Below, piece after piece: positions 19,071-27,257 of a stretch of 32,150 bases of DNA (positions within the stretch are counted from its first letter, which is position 1; each line of letters starts with the position of its first letter). Where the stretch lies: sequence record NC_049388.1; one strand, given 5' to 3'. The notes beneath the pieces were generated by a model, which worked only from the letters and a program-made list of their open reading frames with translations, had not been told where the DNA came from and ran no database searches. The translations under genes were made by a program, and so were the position numbers. The stretch is from Peduovirus P24C9.

Positions 19071-21510
19071 CAATGTAAAATTACAGGTATTGCTCAGGGC
19101 TGTTGACCAGGCATCCCGCCCGTTTAAATCCATCCGCACAGCGAGCAAGTCGCTGTCGGGGGATATCCGGGAAACACAAAAATCACTGCGCGAGCTGAAC
19201 GGTCACGCATCCCGTATTGAGGGATTTCGCAAGACCAGTGCGCAGCTCGCCGTGACTGGTCATGCACTTGAAAAGGCACGGCAGGAAGCCGAAGCCCTTG
19301 CCACACAGTTTAAAAACACCGAACGTCCAACCCGTGCTCAGGCGAAAGTGCTGGAATCCGCAAAGCGAGCGGCGGAGGACTTACAGGCGAAATATAACCG
19401 CCTGACGGATTCCGTTAAACGCCAGCAGCGGGAACTGGCCGCTGTGGGAATTAATACCCGCAATCTTGCACATGATGAGCAGGGACTGAAAAACCGTATC
19501 AGTGAAACCACCGCACAGCTTAACCGTCAGCGCGACGCGCTGGCGCGTGTCAGTGCGCAACAGGCAAAACTTAACGCAGTCAAACAGCGTTATCAGGCCG
19601 GAAAGGAACTGGCCGGAAATATGGCCTCAGTAGGCGCTGCCGGTGTGGGGATTGCGGCGGCGGGAACGATGGCCGGAGTTAAGTTGCTGATGCCCGGTTA
19701 TGAGTTTGCGCAGAAAAACTCAGAATTGCAGGCCGTGCTCGGAGTGGCAAAAGACTCCGCCGAAATGACCGCACTACGCAAACAGGCGCGCCAGCTCGGC
19801 GACAATACCGCCGCCTCGGCGGATGATGCGGCCGGTGCACAGATAATCATCGCGAAAGCGGGTGGGGATGCTGCGGCTATTCAGGCGGCAACGCCGGTCA
19901 CGCTGAATATGGCACTGGCGAATCAGCGGTCGATGGAAGAAAACGCGCAACTGTTGCTGGGGACTAAGGCATCCTTTCAACTGTCAAATGATGATGTCAG
20001 CCATGTGGGCGACGTGTTGTCAGCAACGATGAATAAGTCGGCGGCTGATTTTCAGGGACTCAGTGATGCACTGACTTACCTCGGTCCGGTTGCGAGGACG
20101 GCAGGTGTAAGTCTTGAGCAGGCAGCGGCCATGACAGGTGTGCTGCATGACAATAACATCAGGGGGTCAATGGCGGGTACGGGTAGTAGTGCCGTTGTCA
20201 CCCGATTACAGGCTCCGACAGGGAAAGCATGGGAAGCACTAAAAGAGCTTGGCGTTAAAACCTCGGACAAAAAGGGAAATATGCGTCCGTTGTTCACCAT
20301 TCTGAAAGAGATTCAGGTCAGCTTTGATAAACACAAGCTGGGAACGTCTCAGAAGGGGGAATACCTTAAAACCATTTTTGGTGAGGAAGCCCTGAAATCA
20401 GCGAACGTTTTACTGGCAGCGGCTGCAAGCGGAAAACTGGATAAGCTGACCGCCACGCTGAAAGCCTCGGACGGTAAAACGGAAGAGCTGGTTAAAATCA
20501 TGCAGGACAACCTCGGCGGTGACTTTAAGGAGTTTCAGTCCGCTTATGAGGCGGTGGGGACTGACCTGTTTGACCAGCAGGAAGGCGCACTGCGTAATCT
20601 CACGCAGACGGCCACAAAGTATGTGTTAAAACTCGACGGCTGGATCCAGAAAAACAAATCACTGGCGTCAACCATCGGCATCATTGTCGGTGGTGCACTG
20701 GCGCTGACTGGTGTCATCGGTGCCATTGGCCTCGTAGCCTGGCCGGTTATCACCGGCATCAATGCCATTATCGCGGCAGCAGGCGCAATGGGGGCAATCT
20801 TCACGACGGTTGGCAGTGCTGTTATGACGGCCATCGGGGCGATTAGCTGGCCGGTTGTGGCCGTGGTGGCTGCAATTGTCGCCGGGGCGTTGCTTATCCG
20901 TAAATACTGGGAGCCTGTCAGCGCATTCTTTGGCGGTGTGGTGGAAGGGCTGAAAGCGGCATTTGCGCCGGTGGGGGAACTGTTCGCGCCACTTAAGCCG
21001 GTGTTTGACTGGCTGGGTGAAAAGTTACAGGCCGCGTGGCAGTGGTTTAAAAACCTGATTGCCCCCGTCAAAGCCACCCAGGACACCCTGAACCGTTGCC
21101 GTGATACGGGCGTCATGTTCGGGCAGGCACTGGCTGACGCGCTGATGCTGCCGCTTAATGCGTTCAACAAACTGCGCAGCGGCATTGACTGGGTACTGGA
21201 AAAACTCGGTGTTATCAACAAAGAGTCAGACACACTTGACCAGACCGCCGCCAGAACTCATGCCGCCACGTATGGCACCGGTGGTTATATTCCGGCGACC
21301 AGCTCTTATGCAGGCTATCAGGCTTATCAGCCGGTCACGGTACCGGCTGGTCGCTCTTATGTGGACCAGAGTAAAAACGAATATCACATCAGCCTGACGG
21401 GTGGTACTGCGCCGGGGACACAGCTTGACCGCCAGTTACAGGATGCGCTCGAAAAATACGAGCGGGATAAACGTGCGCGCGCCCGTGCCAGCATGATGCA
21501 TGACGGTTAA
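19063..21510 (+). CDS. T: Tail tape measure protein
   Basis: 815 aa with a helical N-terminal half and a Gly/Ala-rich hydrophobic segment, in the P2 T position. Confidence 0.9.
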   Translation: MSNNVKLQVLLRAVDQASRPFKSIRTASKSLSGDIRETQKSLRELNGHASRIEGFRKTSAQLAVTGHALEKARQEAEALATQFKNTERPTRAQAKVLESAKRAAEDLQAKYNRLTDSVKRQQRELAAVGINTRNLAHDEQGLKNRISETTAQLNRQRDALARVSAQQAKLNAVKQRYQAGKELAGNMASVGAAGVGIAAAGTMAGVKLLMPGYEFAQKNSELQAVLGVAKDSAEMTALRKQARQLGDNTAASADDAAGAQIIIAKAGGDAAAIQAATPVTLNMALANQRSMEENAQLLLGTKASFQLSNDDVSHVGDVLSATMNKSAADFQGLSDALTYLGPVARTAGVSLEQAAAMTGVLHDNNIRGSMAGTGSSAVVTRLQAPTGKAWEALKELGVKTSDKKGNMRPLFTILKEIQVSFDKHKLGTSQKGEYLKTIFGEEALKSANVLLAAAASGKLDKLTATLKASDGKTEELVKIMQDNLGGDFKEFQSAYEAVGTDLFDQQEGALRNLTQTATKYVLKLDGWIQKNKSLASTIGIIVGGALALTGVIGAIGLVAWPVITGINAIIAAAGAMGAIFTTVGSAVMTAIGAISWPVVAVVAAIVAGALLIRKYWEPVSAFFGGVVEGLKAAFAPVGELFAPLKPVFDWLGEKLQAAWQWFKNLIAPVKATQDTLNRCRDTGVMFGQALADALMLPLNAFNKLRSGIDWVLEKLGVINKESDTLDQTAARTHAATYGTGGYIPATSSYAGYQAYQPVTVPAGRSYVDQSKNEYHISLTGGTAPGTQLDRQLQDALEKYERDKRARARASMMHDG

Positions 21511-21524
21511 GGAGGTGACGAAAA

Positions 21525-22004
21525 ATGATGCTCGCGTTAGGTATGTTTGTTTTTATGCGCCAGACGCTGCCACACCAGACCATGCAGCGTGAATCAGATT
21601 ATCGCTGGCCGTCAAATTCCCGTATCGGTAAACGGGATGCCTACCAGTTTCTCGGTGTGGGTGAGGAAAACATGACGCTTGCCGGCGTGCTTTATCCCGA
21701 ACTGACCGGCGGGAAGCTGACGATGACCACGCTCAGGCTGATGGCAGAGGAAGGCCGGGCGTGGCCGTTGCTGGATGGCACTGGCATGATTTACGGCATG
21801 TATATCGTCAGCAAGGTGAGTGAAACAGGGAGTATTTTCTTTGCAGACGGCACACCCCGGAAAATTGATTTTACGCTGTCACTCACCCGCGTTGATGAAT
21901 CACTGGCCGCGCTTTATGGCGATATCGGTAAACAGGCGGAATCGCTCATCGGTAAGGCTGGCAGTATGGCGACCAGATTCACGGGTATGACGGGGGCGGG
22001 ATAA
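21525..22004 (+). CDS. U: Tail protein U
   Basis: 159 aa, P2 gpU length and position. Confidence 0.85.
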   Translation: MMLALGMFVFMRQTLPHQTMQRESDYRWPSNSRIGKRDAYQFLGVGEENMTLAGVLYPELTGGKLTMTTLRLMAEEGRAWPLLDGTGMIYGMYIVSKVSETGSIFFADGTPRKIDFTLSLTRVDESLAALYGDIGKQAESLIGKAGSMATRFTGMTGAG

Positions 22005-23167
22005 TGCTGGATGCGCTGACATTTGATGCAGGCAGTACGCTGACGCCGGATTACATGCTGATGCTCGACAGCAGGGATATTACCGGCAATATCAGCGACC
22101 GTCTGATGAGCATGACCCTGACGGATAACCGGGGCTTTGAGGCTGACCAGCTTGATATTGAACTGAACGACGCCGACGGGCAGGTAGGGCTACCGGTTCG
22201 TGGCGCTGTCCTGACGGTGTATATCGGCTGGAAAGGTTTTGCCCTGGTATGCAAAGGGAAATTTACCGTTGATGAGGTTGAACACCGGGGCGCACCGGAT
22301 GTGGTCACCATCCGCGCCCGGAGTGCAGATTTTCGCGGGACGCTCAATTCCCGCCGTGAAGGCTCCTGGCATGACACCACGCTCGGTGCGATTGTTGAGG
22401 CGATAGCCTCCCGTAACAGGCTGGAAGCCAGTGTCGCGCCGTCACTGGCAGGAATTAAAATCCCGCACATTGACCAGTCGCAGGAGTCTGATGCGAAATT
22501 CCTGACCCGTCTTGCAGAACGCAACGGCGGTGAGGTGTCGGTAAAAATGGGAAAACTGTTGTTTCTCAAAGCGGGGCAGGGCGTGACGGCCAGCGGTAAA
22601 AAAATCCCGCAGATTACCATCACCCGCAGCGACGGCGACCGTCATCATTTTGCGATTGCTGACCGTGGAGCTTACACCGGCGTAACGGCAAAGTGGTTAC
22701 ACACCAAAGACCCGAAGCCGCAAAAGCAGAAGGTAAAACTGAAACGCAAAAAGAAAGAAAAACACCTGCGCGCACTGGAGCACCCGAAAGCGAAACCGGT
22801 CACGCAGAAGAAAGCGCCAAAAGTACCGGAAGCGCGCGAAGGTGAATACATGGCCGGTGAAGCTGACAACGTTTTTGCCCTGACTACGGTATATGCCACG
22901 AAAGCACAGGCCATGCGCGCCGCTCAGGCGAAGTGGGATAAACTGCAACGGGGCGTTGCGGAGTTCTCCATCAGCCTTGCCACTGGTCGTGCTGATATTT
23001 ACACGGAAACACCGGTCAGAGTGTCAGGCTTTAAGCGCGTCATAGACGAGCAGGACTGGACAATCACTAAGGTGACACATTTTCTGAATAATAGCGGCTT
23101 CACGACGTCCTTGGAGCTTGAGGTCAGGCTTTCTGATGTGGAGTACGAAACAGAAGATGATGAGTAA
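22004..23167 (+). CDS. D: Tail protein D
   Basis: 387 aa, P2 gpD length and position; contains an internal Lys-rich low-complexity segment. Confidence 0.85.
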   Translation: MLDALTFDAGSTLTPDYMLMLDSRDITGNISDRLMSMTLTDNRGFEADQLDIELNDADGQVGLPVRGAVLTVYIGWKGFALVCKGKFTVDEVEHRGAPDVVTIRARSADFRGTLNSRREGSWHDTTLGAIVEAIASRNRLEASVAPSLAGIKIPHIDQSQESDAKFLTRLAERNGGEVSVKMGKLLFLKAGQGVTASGKKIPQITITRSDGDRHHFAIADRGAYTGVTAKWLHTKDPKPQKQKVKLKRKKKEKHLRALEHPKAKPVTQKKAPKVPEAREGEYMAGEADNVFALTTVYATKAQAMRAAQAKWDKLQRGVAEFSISLATGRADIYTETPVRVSGFKRVIDEQDWTITKVTHFLNNSGFTTSLELEVRLSDVEYETEDDE

Positions 23168-23248
23168 TGTTTTTATTTTATCTGTTTGTTTTATAAGGAT
23201 AAATTAACTAAAATGGCACCGTCAACAAAACCGGAAGAGGTGCTCGCG

Positions 23249-23467
23249 ATGTTTCATTGTCCTTTATGCCAGCATGCCGCACATGCGCGTACAAGCCGCT
23301 ATATCACTGACACGACAAAAGAGCGTTATCACCAGTGTCAGAACGTGAATTGCAGCGCCACGTTCATCACTTATGAGTCGGTACAGCGATACATCGTGAA
23401 GCCGGGAGAAGTCCACGCCGTAAGACCGCACCCGTTGCCGTCAGGGCAGCAAATTATGTGGATGTAA
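23249..23467 (+). CDS. ogr: Ogr-type zinc-finger late transcription activator
   Basis: 72 aa from internal ATG 23249 (MFHCPLCQHAAHARTSRY...CQNVNC...); Cys-x2-Cys ... Cys-x4-Cys zinc finger; sequence is what I recall for P2 Ogr; ORF track extends upstream to 23186. Confidence 0.9.
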   Translation: MFHCPLCQHAAHARTSRYITDTTKERYHQCQNVNCSATFITYESVQRYIVKPGEVHAVRPHPLPSGQQIMWM

Positions 23468-23478
23468 TTACAAACAGG

Positions 23479-23506
23479 AAGCCCCTCAGTCGAGGGGCTT
23501 TTTTGT
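23479..23506 (+). terminator. Rho-independent terminator after ogr
   Basis: Hairpin gcccctc-agtc-gaggggc followed by TTTTTTGT. Confidence 0.75.
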
Positions 23507-23527
23507 CAATGTGGTCAATGTGTGGAC
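23505..23527 (+). repeat. Tandem direct repeats (tcaatgtg...TGTGGAC), putative Int arm-type sites on the left att arm
   Basis: gtcaatgtggtcaatgtgtggac read directly; the TGTGGAC motif recurs on the other side of the core at 23684-23703. Confidence 0.5.
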
Positions 23528-23568
23528 GTGACCAGAAATAAATCCTTTTATTTCATTGTATTACGCGT

Positions 23569-23595
23569 AAAAAATAAGCCCGTGTAAGGGAGATT
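23569..23595. other. Putative attP core
   Basis: aaaaaataagcccgtgtaagggagatt lies between ogr and the 3' end of int and matches the P2 attP core as I recall it; flanked by TGTGGAC repeats. Confidence 0.6.
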
Positions 23596-23674
23596 TAGGG
23601 TGTCACCAGTAGGGGCTTTCAACGGTACAATGCGGGTTTGAGCGGCATAAATTACCACTGAAAGCCCTTAAACG

Positions 23675-24688
23675 TTACTCTACTGTGGACACTGTGTGGA
23701 CACTCTCGGCCTCAGTACCACCTCTTAGCGGATTAAGAGAAATGGCGTCCTGAAGGTACTCTGGCGCAAAATGAGCGTAAACCATAGTTTGCTCAATCCG
23801 CGTGTGACCTAGTATCCGTTGTAGCGTGATAATACTTCCTCCATTAATCATGAAATGAGTGGCAAAGCTGTGCCTTAGTGCATGTGTGGCTTGCCCCATT
23901 GGCAAATCCGGTTTTATTGCTTTCATTGTTCGTCTGAAGCGAGGGTAATCAGCATCAGGGAATAAAAAACCTCGTTTGTTATCCGCGATCATTTTGGCAA
24001 CAGCCTCTGAGATCGGGACGGTGCGTGGTTTGTTTGTTTTCGTTTTAACAAACGTGACGCGGTTATGGATGATATTTTCTGCTTTCAAACGAGCTGCTTC
24101 TCCCCAACGTGCTCCAGTACTCAGGCAAAGAATCGCAATCTTTTTGTTGTCGCCGTCAAGAGCAGCAAGCAGTAAGGCAATTTCTTCCTGCGTGAGATAG
24201 CCTGTGTCTGGTTTTTCCTCCTTAAGCCTTTTTGTCCCTCTGATAGGGTGCTCACCAAAGAATAACTCCGCTTCAATCAGGGCTGTAAACATGCCGCTAA
24301 TACATGTTAAATCACGATTGATACTCGAAGGTTTAATACCCTGACTTCTTCGGGTGGCGCAGTACTGGCTGATAAGCGATTTCGTAATTTGAAATGCGCA
24401 TGGGTCATTCGTTATTTTTGTGAAGATTTCAATTTTTCCAAGATTAGATTTCCCATGCTCTTCGTGTTTACCCTTTAAATCCCACCAGATCTGTGTCAGC
24501 TCCGACAGACGTCGCTTGTCTGTTGGTTTTGATAGCCATTCTTTATTGTGGTGGTTGTACAACGTGTATTTCTCGAAAGCGACAGCTTCGCTTTTCTTAT
24601 CAAACTTCCTACGGATGCGTTTTCCATTACGTCCAGTAGGGCGGATGTCCACTTCATATCGACCATCATCGAGTTTTTTGATTGCCAT
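23675..24688 (-). CDS. int: Tyrosine integrase
   Basis: 337 aa; C-terminal catalytic signature HALRHSFATH ... GHTRIEQTMVYAH (His-x-x-Arg plus catalytic Tyr); P2 int position and orientation. Confidence 0.9.
   Translation of the reverse strand: MAIKKLDDGRYEVDIRPTGRNGKRIRRKFDKKSEAVAFEKYTLYNHHNKEWLSKPTDKRRLSELTQIWWDLKGKHEEHGKSNLGKIEIFTKITNDPCAFQITKSLISQYCATRRSQGIKPSSINRDLTCISGMFTALIEAELFFGEHPIRGTKRLKEEKPDTGYLTQEEIALLLAALDGDNKKIAILCLSTGARWGEAARLKAENIIHNRVTFVKTKTNKPRTVPISEAVAKMIADNKRGFLFPDADYPRFRRTMKAIKPDLPMGQATHALRHSFATHFMINGGSIITLQRILGHTRIEQTMVYAHFAPEYLQDAISLNPLRGGTEAESVHTVSTVE
23684..23703 (+). repeat. Tandem direct repeats TGTGGACAC x2, putative Int arm-type sites on the right att arm
   Basis: ctgtggacactgtgtggacac read directly; same motif and orientation as 23521-23527; lies inside the last codons of int. 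Confidence 0.5.
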
Positions 24689-24803
24689 CAGAAAACCCTC
24701 CGAGTGGTGTGTTTTTTTGCGACTACTAATCGCTTTTTTCGTGGTGGCTGAAATTTAGCCACCAATAGTAGGCACTTGTGATGAATATATTCACGATGAA
24801 TTG

Positions 24804-25103
24804 TTAACCAGTCTTTTGACCGGAGTGGGGCGACGTTGTTTCGTTTTGCCCAAAGTGTGCGAGAGCGGGCGCAATTTGCCCGGACTCAGGAGCGATCTGA
24901 TTGGTCATGAACCATAAAGTGTATTTGGTGAATTGTGGGGTCTGCAGGATGTTCATCATGACATCTGTTGGAGGTGTTGAACGACCACTTTCATAGTAAC
25001 TCAGCGTGCCATACGGAACCCCTGTTAAATCAGCAAGTTGTTGTCTGCTCAAATACTCTGATTTTCGCATTAAGACTATCTTCTCGCTTATCGTGTTTGA
25101 CAT
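24804..25103 (-). CDS. C: Immunity repressor C
   Basis: 99 aa with a helix-turn-helix segment (QQLADLTGVPYGTLSYYESG); divergent from cox; matches P2 C length. Confidence 0.85.
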   Translation of the reverse strand: MSNTISEKIVLMRKSEYLSRQQLADLTGVPYGTLSYYESGRSTPPTDVMMNILQTPQFTKYTLWFMTNQIAPESGQIAPALAHFGQNETTSPHSGQKTG

Positions 25104-25217
25104 GGTGTTTAGATCTCAATAGTATTTAGTTTAGATGTAGATTGTTTAGTGCTTGGATGTGGGCACTAAAAGGCATTATAAGACATTAAACGCAATTCAT
25201 GAGGGCTAGAGGACGAC
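25104..25217. promoter_or_regulatory. C/cox divergent promoter-operator region
   Basis: 114 bp AT-rich gap between divergent C and cox starts, with clustered direct repeats TTTAGAT/TTTAGTT/GTAGATT/TTTAGTG at ~25108-25151. Confidence 0.6.
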
Positions 25218-25493
25218 ATGAGCAAGCAAGTAACACTCATGACTGATGCGATTCCTTATCAGGAGTTCGCAAAACTAATAGGAAAATCGACAGGAGCGGT
25301 TCGTCGGATGATCGATAAAGGAAAGCTGCCTGTAATTGATATGACCGATCCACAATCAGCTTCAGGTCGTGCAGGTGAATATTGGGTATACCTTCCGGCA
25401 TGGAATAACGGACTAAAACTGGCTTATGAAAGCCGACCTAAAGAGATTCGTGACGGCTGGTTGATGTGGTTAGGTCTCGGTGAACCACGTTAA
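25218..25493 (+). CDS. cox: Cox excisionase / transcriptional switch protein
   Basis: 91 aa, first gene of the early rightward operon, divergent from C; matches P2 Cox length. Confidence 0.85.
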   Translation: MSKQVTLMTDAIPYQEFAKLIGKSTGAVRRMIDKGKLPVIDMTDPQSASGRAGEYWVYLPAWNNGLKLAYESRPKEIRDGWLMWLGLGEPR

Positions 25494-25503
25494 GGAGAAC
25501 CGT

Positions 25504-25674
25504 ATGAATGAGCCTCGTTGTATTGCTCAGTTACTGCGTAACGAAAGCCCCAGGGCGATTGACTTCACCATCACCCACGGTAAGGGGCGTAAGGGAATCA
25601 TTATCCGCACCAAAAAACAGAGTCCGTTAAAAAAGGCTCTGACCTTTCTGAAAAGCCGGAGGGTATGGAAATGA
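25504..25674 (+). CDS. Small basic early protein (P2 orf78 position)
   Basis: 56 aa from ATG 25504 preceded by RBS taaggag; the ORF track start at 25480 is a GTG overlapping cox. Confidence 0.5.
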   Translation: MNEPRCIAQLLRNESPRAIDFTITHGKGRKGIIIRTKKQSPLKKALTFLKSRRVWK

Positions 25675-26171
25675 CAGTGATGACGCTCAATCTCGTTGAA
25701 AAACAGCCAGCAGCTATGCGCCGGATAATTGGTAAGCATCTTGCCGTTCCTCGCTGGCAGGATACATGTGATTATTATAATCAGATGATGGAGCGCGAAC
25801 GGCTAACAGTTTGCTTTCATGCGCAGTTAAAACAGCGTCACGCAACGATGCGTTTTGAAGAAATGAACGACGTCGAACGTGAACGACTGGTATGTGCAAT
25901 TGATGAATTGCGTGGGGCATTCTCAAAACGTCGTCAGGTCGGTGCAAGTGAGTATGCATATATTAGTTTTTTAACAGTCAGTCAGCGTCGTACTTTATTT
26001 ATGCATGCCGGATTGACTGAAAAAGAATTTAACCAGCCATACTGGCGAATTAATGAAGAGTCATGTTACTGGCGTGATGCTTTATTCCGTGCATTACGTG
26101 AATTATTCAGCCTGTTTGAGTATGCACCGACAATTCTGACGTCGGTAAAACCAGAGCAATATCTGCATTAA
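25665..26171 (+). CDS. B: Replication protein B (helicase-loader-like)
   Basis: 168 aa ORF at the P2 B position; start could be 25665 (MEM) or 25671 (MTVM). Confidence 0.75.
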   Translation: MEMTVMTLNLVEKQPAAMRRIIGKHLAVPRWQDTCDYYNQMMERERLTVCFHAQLKQRHATMRFEEMNDVERERLVCAIDELRGAFSKRRQVGASEYAYISFLTVSQRRTLFMHAGLTEKEFNQPYWRINEESCYWRDALFRALRELFSLFEYAPTILTSVKPEQYLH

Positions 26172-26234
26172 GTAATTAACCAGAGTTTTTAACGCACTTA
26201 ATCGTGCGGGGCTTCTTTTTGCCTGGAGAAAGTT

Positions 26235-26459
26235 ATGCATACAGTTTCTGAAAATCAGTGCGGTAAATACGCATTACTGCTGCAACAGGCCAGAACCGAA
26301 GCACAGGCCGACGCTGCGACGCGCTTTTCTTCTCATCTTGATGCCATGATTCGCCACATCACAAAGGCGGAGTTATCCCGCGTGGAGATAGTCGAGCTGC
26401 TCAGTCAGGAGTCGGAAAAATTTCACAATATCGGATTGTCTCGCGGGGAGGTGCTTTGA
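26235..26459 (+). CDS. Hypothetical early protein (P2 orf80 position)
   Basis: 74 aa ORF in the early operon between B and A; no recognisable motif. Confidence 0.5.
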   Translation: MHTVSENQCGKYALLLQQARTEAQADAATRFSSHLDAMIRHITKAELSRVEIVELLSQESEKFHNIGLSRGEVL

Positions 26460-26761
26460 TGTCCTGTTCTCGTTCAGTTGTATTACTGAATAACGCCTTA
26501 AAAATCGCCGTTATGAAAAATGGCGATTTGTCTCTTATTCAACTTGGTCTTGATAAAGAAAAACGCGAAATAACTGAGTCTGTTATCGCGATTTATCAGA
26601 ACGAATTAAACCTCCTGTCTGATGTGGTCAATTTGCTTGTTAAACGCGCTGTGTTTCACAAGCAAATCTCCTCCGTGGATGAACTGACGAAATTAACGAC
26701 AGAAATCGCCAGCTATTGCGCTGATGAATTTAAAAACCTTAACGACAAAAGGAACTGGTAA
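26456..26761 (+). CDS. Hypothetical early protein (P2 orf81 position)
   Basis: 101 aa ORF overlapping its neighbours' stop and start; no recognisable motif. Confidence 0.5.
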   Translation: MMSCSRSVVLLNNALKIAVMKNGDLSLIQLGLDKEKREITESVIAIYQNELNLLSDVVNLLVKRAVFHKQISSVDELTKLTTEIASYCADEFKNLNDKRNW

Positions 26762-26985
26762 TGCCGGACAACGTAGATTTTATTCAGGCACAACAGGCTG
26801 AATTACTGGAGCGCCAGATTAACGCGGCAAGGGTAAAACATTGCGGTGCTTCTGCGATGGTTTGCGAAGAGTGTGACGCGCCAATACCTGCTGCCCGTCG
26901 TGCGGCTTATCCGTCAGCCACGCGTTGTGTTTCCTGTCAGTCAGTTTTTGAAGCAAAAAACAAACATTACCGGAGAACGGCATGA
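26761..26985 (+). CDS. DksA/TraR-type C4 zinc-finger protein (P2 orf82 position)
   Basis: 74 aa with two Cys pairs (CEECDAPIP ... CVSCQ), typical of TraR/DksA-family zinc fingers. Confidence 0.6.
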   Translation: MPDNVDFIQAQQAELLERQINAARVKHCGASAMVCEECDAPIPAARRAAYPSATRCVSCQSVFEAKNKHYRRTA

Positions 26986-27257
26986 GTATTCGTATTGAAA
27001 TTGGCGAACGTTATGTCGTTACCAGTGACAGCTTTCAGTTTATTCTCCACGAGAAAAAGAGAGCTGAAAGCGGTAAAAACGCCGGTCAGGAATGGCTGGC
27101 GGTGGTTGGTTATTACCCGAAATTAAGCCAGCTCGTTTCCGGCCTGATGCATCACGATATTCTGACCGGAAGCGCAAAGTCTTTTGCTGATTTAAACGCG
27201 CAGGTTGAGCAACTCAGCAAGCGTTGTTCAGAGGCTTTTGGCTCATATGGCCGTTAA
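26982..27257 (+). CDS. Hypothetical early protein (P2 orf83 position)
   Basis: 91 aa ORF overlapping the start of A. Confidence 0.5.
   Translation: MSIRIEIGERYVVTSDSFQFILHEKKRAESGKNAGQEWLAVVGYYPKLSQLVSGLMHHDILTGSAKSFADLNAQVEQLSKRCSEAFGSYGR

Noticed and set aside
20544-21233. 229 aa minus-strand ORF inside the tape-measure gene
   Set aside because: Antisense to the Gly/Ala-rich region of T; a low-complexity mirror ORF.
22672-22948. 80-83 aa minus-strand ORFs and a Lys-rich segment within D
   Set aside because: The minus-strand ORFs are antisense artefacts of the lysine-rich stretch in gpD; the stretch itself is a low-complexity linker within a conserved tail protein.
23186-23248. Upstream extension of ogr
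   Set aside because: The conserved Ogr sequence starts at MFHCPLC (23249); the extension has no support.
24420-24758. 112 aa plus-strand ORF antisense to the int 5' region
   Set aside because: Overlaps the integrase on the opposite strand and reads through the int-C intergenic hairpin; no coding signal.
27205-27246. Upstream extension of A
   Set aside because: It would overlap the preceding ORF by 53 nt; the ATG at 27247 gives a P2 gpA-like start (MAVKASGRF).
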